A stretch of DNA of 64,000 nt. Origin: Ignavibacteria bacterium. GTDB lineage: Bacteria; Bacteroidota; Ignavibacteria; UBA10030; SZUA-254. Below are positions 1 through 10,215 of the stretch, one piece after another. A program made the position numbers and the translations under genes. Position 1 is the stretch's first letter. The number at the start of each line of letters is the position of its first letter. The stretch spans positions 114 to 64,113 of the forward strand of contig JACOSY010000053.1 of assembly GCA_016178595.1 (NCBI GenBank), in the 5' to 3' direction. Below the pieces are notes generated by a model, which was not told where the DNA came from, did not search any database, and saw only the letters and a program-made list of their open reading frames with translations.

Positions 1-250
1 TGATTGCACGTTCCCCTGGATTTCCTTTCAAGTATGGATCTCGTTGTCAACTACAAGTAAAACGATCTTGCTTGCTTGACAGCCCTAAGGATTTCACTCC
101 GGTTTTGAATCCCCCCCAATATAACACTTTCTTTGGTTTTGTCAAGAGATTTTGCGAAAAAAAATGGAAAATGCATCCCCATTGTGACGCAGGTTGCTTT
201 TGATCGATAGGTGAAAGTAACAGGAGGAATTGATTCGTCCCTAAGTGAAG

Positions 251-1975
251 TTATTTTACAGAGTTGCGGACGGCTTTCGAAGAAAGACTACCGGGAAAAA
301 TACGAAGGTAATAGTCTCCGCCCTCGCTTCGCTCTGCGAGCAATCCAATGTCCTTATGAGTCATCTCGTACTCGTTGACCAGGCGCGCTATTTCGCTCAC
401 CAGCACCTCCGTCATGTGAATTCCCACAAACTGTTCCTCGCTGGCACGGTAAGAGCTATTGACAAGAGGGATCAAAAACTTCGCTGAGAGATCGGCGTCA
501 CCGGGTTCGGACTCAGTTGTACTCATTTGAAATACGGGCATGTTCGCTGCGAATCGTCCTGAAAGGATTCCATTCCATGAGAAGGGAGTCGATCGGTGAG
601 CAATCTGGCTGGCATAGGATGGAACTGGAACTTTTTTGAGTGGAATGCGGTGCACCTGAAGCGGCTCACGTGCACCCTGATCGACCTCACCGAGGAGGGA
701 TGAATCAGACGGATCGGAATTGAACTGCATCATCGCGGAGACCGGGGCCAAGGGTTCTTCAAGAATCCGTGTTCGCGTGGCGCGGGTATTTCTTCGCCGA
801 GACGATGAGGAGAAAAGATTGTTCGCGCTGTCGAGCCTTGTTACGCTCGTCATGTTTTTCTGTCCACTGAAGGTGTCTAACCAATTTCCCATGCGAACAT
901 CGATGGTATCATCCCTCTTGTCGGATGCATTGAAAGAGACAATTCGATATGTTTCGGCAGCCGGCGGAGGGAAAAGCATTCGATGGGCAGCGTCAATATG
1001 AACGACGCGGGGTGATACAAGACCGAATGCACGATTCACCTGGTGCGATACCTTTTTTCCGGTAAGTTCGAGAGCACGGTCTGCGGCAAGGATGAGTTTT
1101 TGCCTGAGATTTCTGTTAACACGGAGCGCGGATGAGAGTTCGATATTTAACCAATGGCCGAATCCAACACTGTCGTTCGAAAAAATTCCTTCTTGGCTAG
1201 CACGACCGGCAAGTTGAGCATATCCAGAGTCATACATCGCAAGCATACAATTGAAGCCCGATGCCCGCATCGTATCCCGGAATGCAACGCTTATCTGCGA
1301 GATTCCCCATTGCTCATCAGATGTCCGGCCATTGCTCACGACAATGTCCGGTGTCCGGCCCGGGATTGTGTTGAATCCGTGTAGTGAAAGTGTTAGGTGA
1401 GTCAGGTCGGTAAGCATTTCGTGCCACCGATGGAAAACCGTTGAACGGGCACGAAGAGTATTTCGCAAACTTCTTCTCTGAGATGCCTTGGATGTGCCCG
1501 TGACGAAAAGCCATTCTGCATTTAATCGACGTAAGAGGTCTCCGCCAAGTACCAGTGTATTGAAATCGTCAAATGGGTGTGTAACATGCATGTACAATCG
1601 CTTTTTGTGATTTCGATTGTAGATGAATGTTCCCCACCCTCGTTGAATCGGATACTCTTCCTTAAAAACATCATAGGTATTTCCGCTAATCGGATCATGA
1701 ATTTCGATGAGCTGATAATCATATTTCCGTAGAAGTGCTTTGCAGCTATCGATCGCATTGTGTCGAAAAAGAAGGAGAATATTTCCCCAATCACTCAGAT
1801 CCTGATCAGAGGCGGCAGCCGGCGCAAAATCATCGGAGGGTACTTGCTGAACAATCGCCTGCAATAAGTTAGGGAAAGAATCGTCATGGGTAAGCATACG
1901 ACGCATCTCTTGCGCACTCCCTTTGGTGAGAGAGATGACAACGATGAGAGACAGTATGGTATACCGGAGATTCAC
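251..1975 (-). CDS. hypothetical secreted protein (signal peptide; possible M14/amidohydrolase-like fold, unresolved)
   Basis: 574-aa ORF with N-terminal signal-like segment MNLRYTILSLIVVISLTKGSAQ; motif HVTHPFDDFNTLVLGG; no confident family match from sequence alone. Confidence 0.45.
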   Translation of the reverse strand: MNLRYTILSLIVVISLTKGSAQEMRRMLTHDDSFPNLLQAIVQQVPSDDFAPAAASDQDLSDWGNILLLFRHNAIDSCKALLRKYDYQLIEIHDPISGNTYDVFKEEYPIQRGWGTFIYNRNHKKRLYMHVTHPFDDFNTLVLGGDLLRRLNAEWLFVTGTSKASQRRSLRNTLRARSTVFHRWHEMLTDLTHLTLSLHGFNTIPGRTPDIVVSNGRTSDEQWGISQISVAFRDTMRASGFNCMLAMYDSGYAQLAGRASQEGIFSNDSVGFGHWLNIELSSALRVNRNLRQKLILAADRALELTGKKVSHQVNRAFGLVSPRVVHIDAAHRMLFPPPAAETYRIVSFNASDKRDDTIDVRMGNWLDTFSGQKNMTSVTRLDSANNLFSSSSRRRNTRATRTRILEEPLAPVSAMMQFNSDPSDSSLLGEVDQGAREPLQVHRIPLKKVPVPSYASQIAHRSTPFSWNGILSGRFAANMPVFQMSTTESEPGDADLSAKFLIPLVNSSYRASEEQFVGIHMTEVLVSEIARLVNEYEMTHKDIGLLAERSEGGDYYLRIFPGSLSSKAVRNSVK

Positions 1976-2256
1976 TTCGGCACGATACAGATTGATTGAC
2001 TCGGATTATTTTTGAAGTCGAAAAGGAGGGGGAACCGCTTGTCCTGTTGACAGATGTAAGGTAGTGCACATACTCCTCAAAGTCAAGGACTTGTTTCACA
2101 ACTTTCTCTTGTCCGCAATATTCTACAAAAATGACCCGATTTTGAGACAATTCTTCAATCTTAACCGGCTAAAGTGAGCAGTCTGTTGCCTGGCACATCC
2201 ATTGCAGTACTAAGGGCTGGGTTCGCCCATCGTATGAAAAAGAGAAGGAATATACC

Positions 2257-3468
2257 ATGAGACGGTTAATGATACTTGTTGCTCTGAGTGCTACACTGGG
2301 GGGAATGGCGCCTGCAAAGCACCATCCGGGACCGGGCGTAAATTTGGGGTTCTTTTATTCATCCCTCTCGCCTTATGGAGAGTGGATCGACTGTAACTTG
2401 GGGTACGTCTGGAGACCATTCCACATTTCCTACGGATGGCGCCCGTATCTCATGGGGCGCTGGGCATGGACAAGCTACGGATGGTATTGGATTTCTTATG
2501 AGCCGTTCGGTTGGGCAACCTTCCATTACGGTCGCTGGCATTATGATGATTACTACGGCTGGATTTGGATCCCCGATGACACCTGGGGTCCGGCGTGGGT
2601 CGAATGGCGGTACGATGACGATTATGTCGGCTGGGCACCATTAGCTCCACAAGCCATCTTTGATGTGAACATCGGAGTTCGGTTCACCAATCGGTGGGTG
2701 GCTCCGCACTATTACTGGAACTTTGTCCCATACCAACGATTTACGGCCGAGAGGATTGTTGAATACGTTCAACCAATTGATCGGAATCCGAGAATCTTCG
2801 GTAACACACGTGGTGTCGTCAATATTCGAACAACTGATAATCGAGTAGTAAATTCTGGCGTGGACGTCCGAGTAATTGAACGACGAGGGAATATCCGTGT
2901 TAACACGGTCGAGGTCGTTGAACGATCACGCGGCGATGGAGATCATCTTTTGAGAGATGGAGGACACGAGCGGCTTGAAGTCTATCGCCCACGGCTTGAA
3001 CGCGGGATCCGGGATAATGTCCTACAACCCTCTGAGGTGCGCAAGGCCGAAAAGCCGATCATTCTGGATGGTGAACGCATTCAGCGGAGTGATCGACGTG
3101 AATCAGTACGACCCGGTCCAACAGATAGACGGGAAAGTATTGTGCCTCCTAAACGAAAAGATGTTCGACCGCAGGATGAATTGAGACGAGAGGTAACACC
3201 ACCACCCGCTGAACAACGATATAACAGGCCACAACCGAAGGAAGACCGCGAAGCACAGCGACGAGATGAAACGAGAAAAATACAGCGGCGCAATATGGAA
3301 CAATCCAACCGCGAGCCGTCACGCACGCCGGAACGAGGGCTCGAGCACCGCTCGCAAGACCAGCATAGAGAGAATGATCGCCCTGCAATCGAACGACGAG
3401 ATGGACGAGGGCGCGTGCAAGATCGGGGGCATGGCGAATCACGAACACGAGACCGACGGCCACGGTAA
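2257..3468 (+). CDS. YXWGXW-repeat protein with Arg/Glu/Asp-rich low-complexity C-terminal tail
   Basis: Signal peptide MRRLMILVALSATLGG; repeated Y-x-W-G/R-x-W/Y motifs (YVWRPF, YGWRPY, YGWYWISY, YYGWIWIP, YVGWAPL); C-terminal ~150 aa dominated by R/E/D/P. Confidence 0.6.
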   Translation: MRRLMILVALSATLGGMAPAKHHPGPGVNLGFFYSSLSPYGEWIDCNLGYVWRPFHISYGWRPYLMGRWAWTSYGWYWISYEPFGWATFHYGRWHYDDYYGWIWIPDDTWGPAWVEWRYDDDYVGWAPLAPQAIFDVNIGVRFTNRWVAPHYYWNFVPYQRFTAERIVEYVQPIDRNPRIFGNTRGVVNIRTTDNRVVNSGVDVRVIERRGNIRVNTVEVVERSRGDGDHLLRDGGHERLEVYRPRLERGIRDNVLQPSEVRKAEKPIILDGERIQRSDRRESVRPGPTDRRESIVPPKRKDVRPQDELRREVTPPPAEQRYNRPQPKEDREAQRRDETRKIQRRNMEQSNREPSRTPERGLEHRSQDQHRENDRPAIERRDGRGRVQDRGHGESRTRDRRPR

Positions 3469-3527
3469 CCGATACGATGCGCTACGAAGAAGGGCGACCG
3501 ATAAGGGATGTCGGTCGCCTTTGTATT

Positions 3528-5948
3528 TTAGAAATTCAACCAATAATTCACCTTCAGCAAGAATACATTAGACGGTGAACTGCGAAATGTATCTTTGAAA
3601 TCGTCACCGAAAGATGTAAAGTAGTTTCCTTTCCGATCACCACGTGCCTGTGACCAAACCAGGTACAGAGTACTTCCCGGCAGGTATTCCCACCGAAGAA
3701 CCAGATTTCCGTTCAGAGATTGTTTGTTGAAGTCCGGCTCACCGGCGTACGCTTCGGGGATAAATTCGGACGGGCTCACTAATCTCCGAAAGTTCTCGTA
3801 GTGCCCCTTCGCCAAAAAGACTTGACCGTAGAACTGGAGCGTCAAGTCACGTAAGAACGTTAAGGTTCCTCGAACGATGAAATCGTACTGGTCCGTACTC
3901 CGATCCCCGAAGATGGCAAAGCCATTCTCACTTGCCGCCCACGCCTCCTGATCCCGTACACGCTGATATTCAGCATTAAAGTCCCATTCCATCCATGAGA
4001 AGGGTTTAGTCGTGACTCCAAACTCCGTCGCCGCTCCGCGCTTTCGCCTGTCATCAAATGCAAATCGTTGACCGAGCTTGAATATTATTTCGTTGCGTGG
4101 ATCGGTAAACACGTAGGTGCTCATCTGGTAGCCCGTCGGCTTCCGGTACAAGCCGTTTCCGCGCGACTCATATTGATCGTAGAGTCCTATGTCGGCATCG
4201 GCGCTGGCTGTCATGCTCCAGTAGTTCGCAAAAAGAAGACTCCCATTCATGTGTAATTGTCTTGCAATATTCGCTCCTTCGAAGTTGAACCGGGTATGGA
4301 AAAATCCGCCGACAGTGTAATTCCGCACCACCGCCGCAGGCACGTCTTCCTTGTATGTGAGACTGGCAACGCTACCGAAATCGTCAGGGCTAAAAAAGAA
4401 TCCAACATCGTTAATGTAATACTTCGGTGAAGTGTAGTCTGCACTCAACGACCACAGCCAGTGTTCCGCTGCAATCCTTGCAAACTGAATCTTCCCGGCA
4501 GAGCCCGTGATCCGTTCATTTGCCGCATTGGTTGTGTGAGACAGTGCCAGAAAACCATTGAGCGAGTATATATTCTGATCGAAGTTCAGCGTCCAGTCGT
4601 ATCCATTCGTAAATGCCGGATACCGAGTATCTTTTACAGTCGACGTGAGGATCATGCCGACATTTGAATTATTGAGAAAATCTTTCTTGAGCCGAAGGAT
4701 GGAATAGTGTGCTAGCGGCTCAAGGACTTGTTCCGATTTCTGCCTCGTGCTATCGACTACGATCGCTTTCTCCTCTTCTGTGAATGCTTGCAACACACCG
4801 ATGGAAAGTCCATCATTAGTCTTGCCGCTAATCTTAGCCGCACCGAGGATAGTTACATTCTGTGGCACATCAAGAATATGACCTCCATCGGGCACAGACA
4901 CTTCGTCCGGTTTGATCGCGCGGCCGATGCGTCGAGAGTAAAACATACCTGGGCCAAAATCACCTCCGAACGTTGTGAAACGAATAATTTGCGTTCCCTC
5001 AATAAAGAACGGTCTTTTCTCAGGATAAAACGTTTCAAAGGTTGAAAGATTCAACACAGTTGGATCCGCTTCAACCTGACCGAAGTCGGGATTGAACGTC
5101 GCATCGATGGTAAAATTGCTTGAGAGTCCGTACTTCAAGTCGAGACCCGCGTTTCCCCGAAATTTCTCTCTCCGATCCTGAAAGACAGTTGCCGGATCGT
5201 AACTCTGCTTACTGGTTACGAAAGGAAGCAACTCGAAAGGTTGCGGATCGGGAAGTCTCCGGAGACCGACGAGATGTCCATAGCGAGAGATGAATCCACT
5301 TTGACTCTTGGGCGTAAAGGCCCATCGCTCGCTCTCTTGTTTGCGGCTGATATACCGAAGAAAATTGATCCCCCAGGTATTATCAGCCGTATCTGTACCT
5401 GCGTTTCGGTAACGCAATATGCGGAATGGAATTTTCACCTCGGCAGTCCAGCCTTCGCTCGTGATACTTGTCTGCAAATCCCATACAGGATCCCATGAAT
5501 CGTCCTCACGGTTCGCATCGTCGTATTGGAGCTTATCGATTTTCACGCCGGCGGCATTGAACGTAAACTCATACCCCGTCTGGTGATCATGATAGGAATC
5601 GATACGGATTGACGCCTCGTCGGACTCGATTTCATCGTCCCGGCGAGTAAGGCGTGCAACGATTTTCTCAGGCTCAGAATCATAGAACGTGCAACCGAAG
5701 TAGAGCGCCTCATCATCATAGAGGACTCGGATCTCCGAGCGTTCTGAAGCAGGCCTCCCTTCCTCGGGATCGCGCTGGATAAAGTCAGTGGCAGATGTTG
5801 CCTGCTTCCAGACAGCATCATCGAGAATGCCATCGATGCGCGGTGGAGTTGTAATCCTGACCGCAGTAACGGTTCGTGGGTTGTCGCCTGCAAGCGAACT
5901 CGCAGCCGCTGCAAAGAACACTGATAGAAAAACAAGTAGTCGTTTCAC
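3528..5948 (-). CDS. DUF5916 / CBM9-like domain outer-membrane protein (paralog A)
   Basis: 806 aa, signal peptide, N-terminal PRIDGILDDAVW...YDDEALYFG CBM9-like block, C-terminal ...YWLNF (terminal aromatic residue typical of OM beta-barrels); paralogous to 11759..14230. Confidence 0.7.
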   Translation of the reverse strand: MKRLLVFLSVFFAAAASSLAGDNPRTVTAVRITTPPRIDGILDDAVWKQATSATDFIQRDPEEGRPASERSEIRVLYDDEALYFGCTFYDSEPEKIVARLTRRDDEIESDEASIRIDSYHDHQTGYEFTFNAAGVKIDKLQYDDANREDDSWDPVWDLQTSITSEGWTAEVKIPFRILRYRNAGTDTADNTWGINFLRYISRKQESERWAFTPKSQSGFISRYGHLVGLRRLPDPQPFELLPFVTSKQSYDPATVFQDRREKFRGNAGLDLKYGLSSNFTIDATFNPDFGQVEADPTVLNLSTFETFYPEKRPFFIEGTQIIRFTTFGGDFGPGMFYSRRIGRAIKPDEVSVPDGGHILDVPQNVTILGAAKISGKTNDGLSIGVLQAFTEEEKAIVVDSTRQKSEQVLEPLAHYSILRLKKDFLNNSNVGMILTSTVKDTRYPAFTNGYDWTLNFDQNIYSLNGFLALSHTTNAANERITGSAGKIQFARIAAEHWLWSLSADYTSPKYYINDVGFFFSPDDFGSVASLTYKEDVPAAVVRNYTVGGFFHTRFNFEGANIARQLHMNGSLLFANYWSMTASADADIGLYDQYESRGNGLYRKPTGYQMSTYVFTDPRNEIIFKLGQRFAFDDRRKRGAATEFGVTTKPFSWMEWDFNAEYQRVRDQEAWAASENGFAIFGDRSTDQYDFIVRGTLTFLRDLTLQFYGQVFLAKGHYENFRRLVSPSEFIPEAYAGEPDFNKQSLNGNLVLRWEYLPGSTLYLVWSQARGDRKGNYFTSFGDDFKDTFRSSPSNVFLLKVNYWLNF

Positions 5949-6085
5949 GGTGATCGTGTGGAATTGTAAGAATGCGAATGGAATTCAGTGGCAGGAAAAT
6001 ACGAAAAGGAAAAGAGAAGTACAAACAAAGGCGGCAAGACCATTGATCTTGCCGCCGACGTCATAGTAGAAAGAAGTGGGAAAAC

Positions 6086-7267
6086 TTAGTCGTCGTCTCT
6101 GTGTTTCTTCCGTTCACCAAGCTTTCGGATTTCAATATCGGCGTTGGATGTCTCAAGTGAAATATTTTCTCCGCCGCCATTCAGCACGTAGGTGGCGCGA
6201 ATCTCCCCCTCGTGTTCATCAAACTCATACGTTTTCGATTTGAAGGATGAGCGAATGCGGTAAGCATCTGCCGCGTCTTCTCCGTATTCGTCCACACGGA
6301 TCGTGGCAGTGATCGTCGCCTTTGCATTCTCCGGCAGATAGAGCCGGATGACCCCACTTGCAGTCGAGAGACGATTGGTGCCGTTTCCACTCGGGTTCAA
6401 TTCAGCTTCGATATCACCACCCGCAGTTTTTCCATCAATTGATCCCGTGATGTTATAAAGGATGAGATTGCCGCCTGCGGTTTTTGCTTTCACAATACCG
6501 CTCGCACCTTGAAGCTCCACATCCCCGCCAGCCGTGGTCAGTTTCGCACTTCCGGAAACTTTGCCGACGATGACATTCCCTCCTGCCGTCGAAAGTGTTG
6601 CTTCGCCGCCCACATCACCCACATGGATATCACCGCCTGCTGTCTTCGCCCAGAGTGTTTTCTTCACGTCATCGATCGTAATATTTCCGCCCGACGTACT
6701 GATATCCGCTGTACCGCCGATTATTCCCACGATGATGTCGCCGCCGGAGGTGTTCAGCGTGAGATCGCCCTGAATGTCGGCAGACCGGATATCTCCACCG
6801 GACGTCGATACGTCAACCGTCCCATTCAGGTTTCCCAGCCGGATATCTCCTGCGGAGGTCGACCCGAGTACCTTGCCGGTAAGCGTTCCTTGAATTTCCA
6901 GATTGCCGTTCGATGTTTGGAGATCGAGATCAAACTGCGACGGCACCGAGATATCAAAGCGCATATCGCCGGACCAGTCGCCGCCGGAGTAATTCTCGAC
7001 GTAGACGGAGTTGTCGTGGGATGTCATCTCAAGTCGGTCGAGATCGTCGTCCTCAGCCCCACGGACTTTTACAAGTACCTCGTTCTTCTCCCACGGCACG
7101 ATCCTGATATCGCCGCCGCTCACCGAGACCTTGAGACGACCGCCCTTTTCGACTTTGAAAGATTTCGTTTGTGATCGTTCGCCGTCGTCGCGCTGATCAG
7201 CGAATAACGTGGCGCTGAGAAGGCTGATACAGAAAAGGAGAAGAATGCTGCGATGGAATATGTTCAT
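6086..7267 (-). CDS. DUF4097/DUF4098 putative adhesin (repeated GGDI/GGNI beta-helix motifs)
   Basis: 393 aa, signal peptide, >10 repeats of T/S-xGGDI/V; 4-nt overlap (ATGA) with upstream anti-sigma gene indicates translational coupling. Confidence 0.7.
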   Translation of the reverse strand: MNIFHRSILLLFCISLLSATLFADQRDDGERSQTKSFKVEKGGRLKVSVSGGDIRIVPWEKNEVLVKVRGAEDDDLDRLEMTSHDNSVYVENYSGGDWSGDMRFDISVPSQFDLDLQTSNGNLEIQGTLTGKVLGSTSAGDIRLGNLNGTVDVSTSGGDIRSADIQGDLTLNTSGGDIIVGIIGGTADISTSGGNITIDDVKKTLWAKTAGGDIHVGDVGGEATLSTAGGNVIVGKVSGSAKLTTAGGDVELQGASGIVKAKTAGGNLILYNITGSIDGKTAGGDIEAELNPSGNGTNRLSTASGVIRLYLPENAKATITATIRVDEYGEDAADAYRIRSSFKSKTYEFDEHEGEIRATYVLNGGGENISLETSNADIEIRKLGERKKHRDDD

Positions 7268-8217
7268 TGTCGGACCTCCTCAACCGCAGCTTTTGCCCGG
7301 AGGCGTATATAATTATTGTCGTCTGATTGCATTTTATCCCTCAGTACATTTAGGACATCTTGATCGAATGCTTTACTGCCAACGCGGGCGGAGTCAAGGT
7401 AATTGATTGCCGCAATTCGCAAACCCGGATTCTTCTCGTGGGTGAGGACGAAGAGCAATGCCTGCTTGATCTCCTGATCCATCTGGAAACCTTGCAACGC
7501 TTTCAATGCTTCCTGTCGAACGCCGGGATTCTCATCGGTTTTCAGGGCAGAGACGAGTGCATTCTTGATTTCCTTATCGGCAGATTTTCGTGAGGCCATC
7601 GCACTGATGGACTGGAGACGCACACCGGCATTTTGATCGGTCAACAACGCGTGTGTGAGAATTTTTTGCACCTGTTCGTCGTTGATATTGCCTTTCATAC
7701 GCACGGACTTCACAGCTTCAAATGCAAACTCGATCTCACCGGTTGCCATATCGGTGTTCAGGAAGCGAACATTTGTAACCCGTGTCTCTCCCGTAAGTAC
7801 AGGAGATATTTGCTGTGTGGTCTGCGGTGATGTCGTGTTCTGAGCTCTGGGTACAAAGAGAGCGTAGGCGACAACCATGCCGAGCGCGAACACCAAAGCG
7901 CCTCCAAGTGCGATCTTATACTGCGGAACGATGCCCGCCTTGATAAAGTCGCCCAGGCGTTGTAAAAGTGATTGTTTCGATTGTTCAGAACGCAGTGCGC
8001 TTCCGAGCTGTTGACGCGCTTCGCTCAGAAATCGATCGTCGACTACCGGCGAAGGAGCGTCATCCAGCCTTGCGTGCAAAGCTTTCAGTCGCACGAGCTC
8101 AGCACGACATTCCGTACACGATTGGAGATGTCCATCGAGTTCCTGCTTTTCTTTGTCCATCAACTCATCATACAGCGAGAGCTGAAGCAGCTCGTTCCAT
8201 CTTTCATGAGTGTTCAT
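7264..8217 (-). CDS. anti-sigma factor (zf-HC2) with transmembrane helix and periplasmic HEAT repeats
   Basis: N-terminal HLQSCTECRAEL zinc-finger anti-sigma motif; TM segment IALGGALVFALGMVVAYALFV; HEAT-like repeats (DQNAGVRLQSISAM, DENPGVRQEALKAL, EKNPGLRIAAINYL). Confidence 0.7.
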   Translation of the reverse strand: MNTHERWNELLQLSLYDELMDKEKQELDGHLQSCTECRAELVRLKALHARLDDAPSPVVDDRFLSEARQQLGSALRSEQSKQSLLQRLGDFIKAGIVPQYKIALGGALVFALGMVVAYALFVPRAQNTTSPQTTQQISPVLTGETRVTNVRFLNTDMATGEIEFAFEAVKSVRMKGNINDEQVQKILTHALLTDQNAGVRLQSISAMASRKSADKEIKNALVSALKTDENPGVRQEALKALQGFQMDQEIKQALLFVLTHEKNPGLRIAAINYLDSARVGSKAFDQDVLNVLRDKMQSDDNNYIRLRAKAAVEEVRQ

Positions 8218-8272
8218 ACGATTACTCCATCAATGTATTCTGCCACATTGTAGCGCGAGATGCTATCTCGCT

Positions 8273-8857
8273 CTACATACCATACACATCCTTCAGTTGT
8301 TCGCGCATCCGTTGGGTGCCTGTAAAGAGATACCGTTTCACGGTTCCTTCTGTGCAGTCCATCATACCTGCAATTTCTTTCAGCTTATAGCCCTGATAAT
8401 GCCGGAGGGTGAAGACAAGTTTTTGCTGCGGCGAAAGAACGTTGAGCGCTTTCTGAACGTGGAATGAGATTTCCGTTGCCTCTGTCTGTTGATCCGGCGA
8501 TGGATCGAGTGCGCGCACATGCGTCATTGTCTCTTGCGAAGCGTTCTCATGTCCGCCGCCGTCATCGAGCGATGTGTGTTGACGGTCCTTCTTTTTTTGC
8601 GATTGGTACGTCAAGCAGACGTTCGTTGTAATGCGATAGAGCCACGTCGTGAATTCGCTTTTCAATTGGAAGTTCTTCAAACCTCGATAGACGCGGAGGA
8701 AGACTTCCTGATAAATGTCTTTGGCATCTTCGGATGAATTGCCGAAGCGAGCCGCAATAGCGAGAACGTGCTTGTCGTATCGATGGACGAGCTGTTCGAA
8801 TGCGATCACGTCACCTTGTTGTGCCGATTGAATCAGTTGAAGGTCGTTTGGCGCCAT
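8273..8857 (-). CDS. RNA polymerase ECF sigma-70 factor
   Basis: 194 aa; region 2 (DIYQEVFLRVYRGLKNF...FTTWLYRITTN) and region 4 HTH (LKEIAGMMDCTEGTVKRYL). Confidence 0.85.
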   Translation of the reverse strand: MAPNDLQLIQSAQQGDVIAFEQLVHRYDKHVLAIAARFGNSSEDAKDIYQEVFLRVYRGLKNFQLKSEFTTWLYRITTNVCLTYQSQKKKDRQHTSLDDGGGHENASQETMTHVRALDPSPDQQTEATEISFHVQKALNVLSPQQKLVFTLRHYQGYKLKEIAGMMDCTEGTVKRYLFTGTQRMREQLKDVYGM

Positions 8858-9057
8858 GCAACCTTAGTGGATTTCCGTCTACATATACTTAGACCGGAAT
8901 TCAGCGAATTGGTTGTGGGGAAGTGTGGGAAATTTCGGGTGGAAATGCAACTAATGATTGTTCGGTATACATCGAAGGCGAGAAATTGAGCGTACCACGC
9001 GGGTGTATGGCAGCAGATACCTATAATAATAGTACCGAGAAGGTCAATCAGCTGTTT

Positions 9058-10203
9058 TCAACGCTCCTTCCTCCCTCGAATAATTTCGTAGAGTGCCGCT
9101 CGTGCCCGCTCGCCGCCGATATTCCCGAGATAATACACGGCATCGCGGCGAAGATCGTAATCATCGCTCGTGTGCGCAACGTTCGCAAGGAAATCCACCG
9201 CGCGGTCGTTTCCGACGTCGGCGATTGCGTAGAAGATCGACTCGCGCTGTTCCTTCCTCTGCTTCGGAACTGCACTGAAGAGATCGATGAGCAGCAACAC
9301 CGATTTATTTTTATCCCTGGTGTGCTGGCTGATGAAATCGATGGCGGATTCCTGGAGGTCTTCGCTGGTATCCGTTCGCGCGATTTCCACATAGACGGAC
9401 AGGACATCATTTTTTTTGAAATTCGAAAGCGCATCGAGCGCTGCGATACGAAGAACTTTCGGCTGCTTGGTATTCAAGGCAACCTCCTTCAATGTCTGAA
9501 AGGATTTATCATCCTCTTTCGTCTCACCGATGGCGTAGAGCGCATCCATCTTCAACCGGGTGTCCGGATCGAGCTTCTCATCTTCCCGTGAGATGATCGC
9601 GCCGGGCGCGAATTGCAGCTTCTTCAGGCTGAGATGTAACTTTCTCATCCCCGCTCCGAGCCCGTAACCGTAGCTGTACCCGAATCCCGGCGATCTCGCC
9701 GGCGTTGCTGGACGTGGAGTCACAGCAACCTTCGGCGGCGTCGGAGTTGTTGAAATGACTAGCGGACTATACTCGAGGTCATTCAAATCGGCAACTGCAT
9801 CATCGTAATAGGTGCTCGAGGGAAAATCTTTGATGAATTTTTTATACACATCGCGCGCTTTCGCCGGATCGGTATGCTTCCACGCAACTGCTGTCCAGTA
9901 CTGCGCGTCATCGATGTACTCGCTCTTCGGATATTTCTTGATAATGTCGGCGAACATTGCCCGCGCTTCATCCCATTGCTCATCAAGGATGAGATTGTAT
10001 CCCTCTTTGTAGAGCGAACGGGCGGGGTCGTTTTTATCGTCTTGGGGATCGAAGAAGGAGGCTTCCGCGGTTGCTGCTGCGACGGCATACGGCTCCGATA
10101 CTCCTCCGGCAGCCGTTCCAAACGCGCCGGGTACTGACGATTGTGCCGGACAGAAACAATATGCAATCAGGATTACAGCAATGATGATAATGGATGATTT
10201 CAT
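9058..10203 (-). CDS. TPR/HEAT-repeat lipoprotein-like periplasmic protein (accessory to ECF sigma/anti-sigma pair)
   Basis: Signal/lipobox-like N-terminus (LIAYCFCPAQ), YfgM/TPR-like segment (YKEGYNLILDEQWDEARAMFADIIKKYP) and C-terminal HEAT repeats (LRIAALDAL.., RRDAVYYLGNIG..). Confidence 0.5.
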   Translation of the reverse strand: MKSSIIIIAVILIAYCFCPAQSSVPGAFGTAAGGVSEPYAVAAATAEASFFDPQDDKNDPARSLYKEGYNLILDEQWDEARAMFADIIKKYPKSEYIDDAQYWTAVAWKHTDPAKARDVYKKFIKDFPSSTYYDDAVADLNDLEYSPLVISTTPTPPKVAVTPRPATPARSPGFGYSYGYGLGAGMRKLHLSLKKLQFAPGAIISREDEKLDPDTRLKMDALYAIGETKEDDKSFQTLKEVALNTKQPKVLRIAALDALSNFKKNDVLSVYVEIARTDTSEDLQESAIDFISQHTRDKNKSVLLLIDLFSAVPKQRKEQRESIFYAIADVGNDRAVDFLANVAHTSDDYDLRRDAVYYLGNIGGERARAALYEIIRGRKER

Positions 10204-10215
10204 AAAGAGGTTTCC

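Noticed and set aside
6509..7174. 221-aa plus-strand ORF (and 6534..6773, 6913..7107, 7011..7196)
   Set aside because: Lie antisense within the DUF4097 gene; their repetitive, skewed composition mirrors the GGDI repeats on the other strand; no start context.
8858..9057. ECF-type promoter (GGAAC..CGTC-like) upstream of the sigma gene at 8857
   Set aside because: Several GGAAAT/GAAC-like strings occur, but spacing to a -10 element is ambiguous; not reported as a feature.
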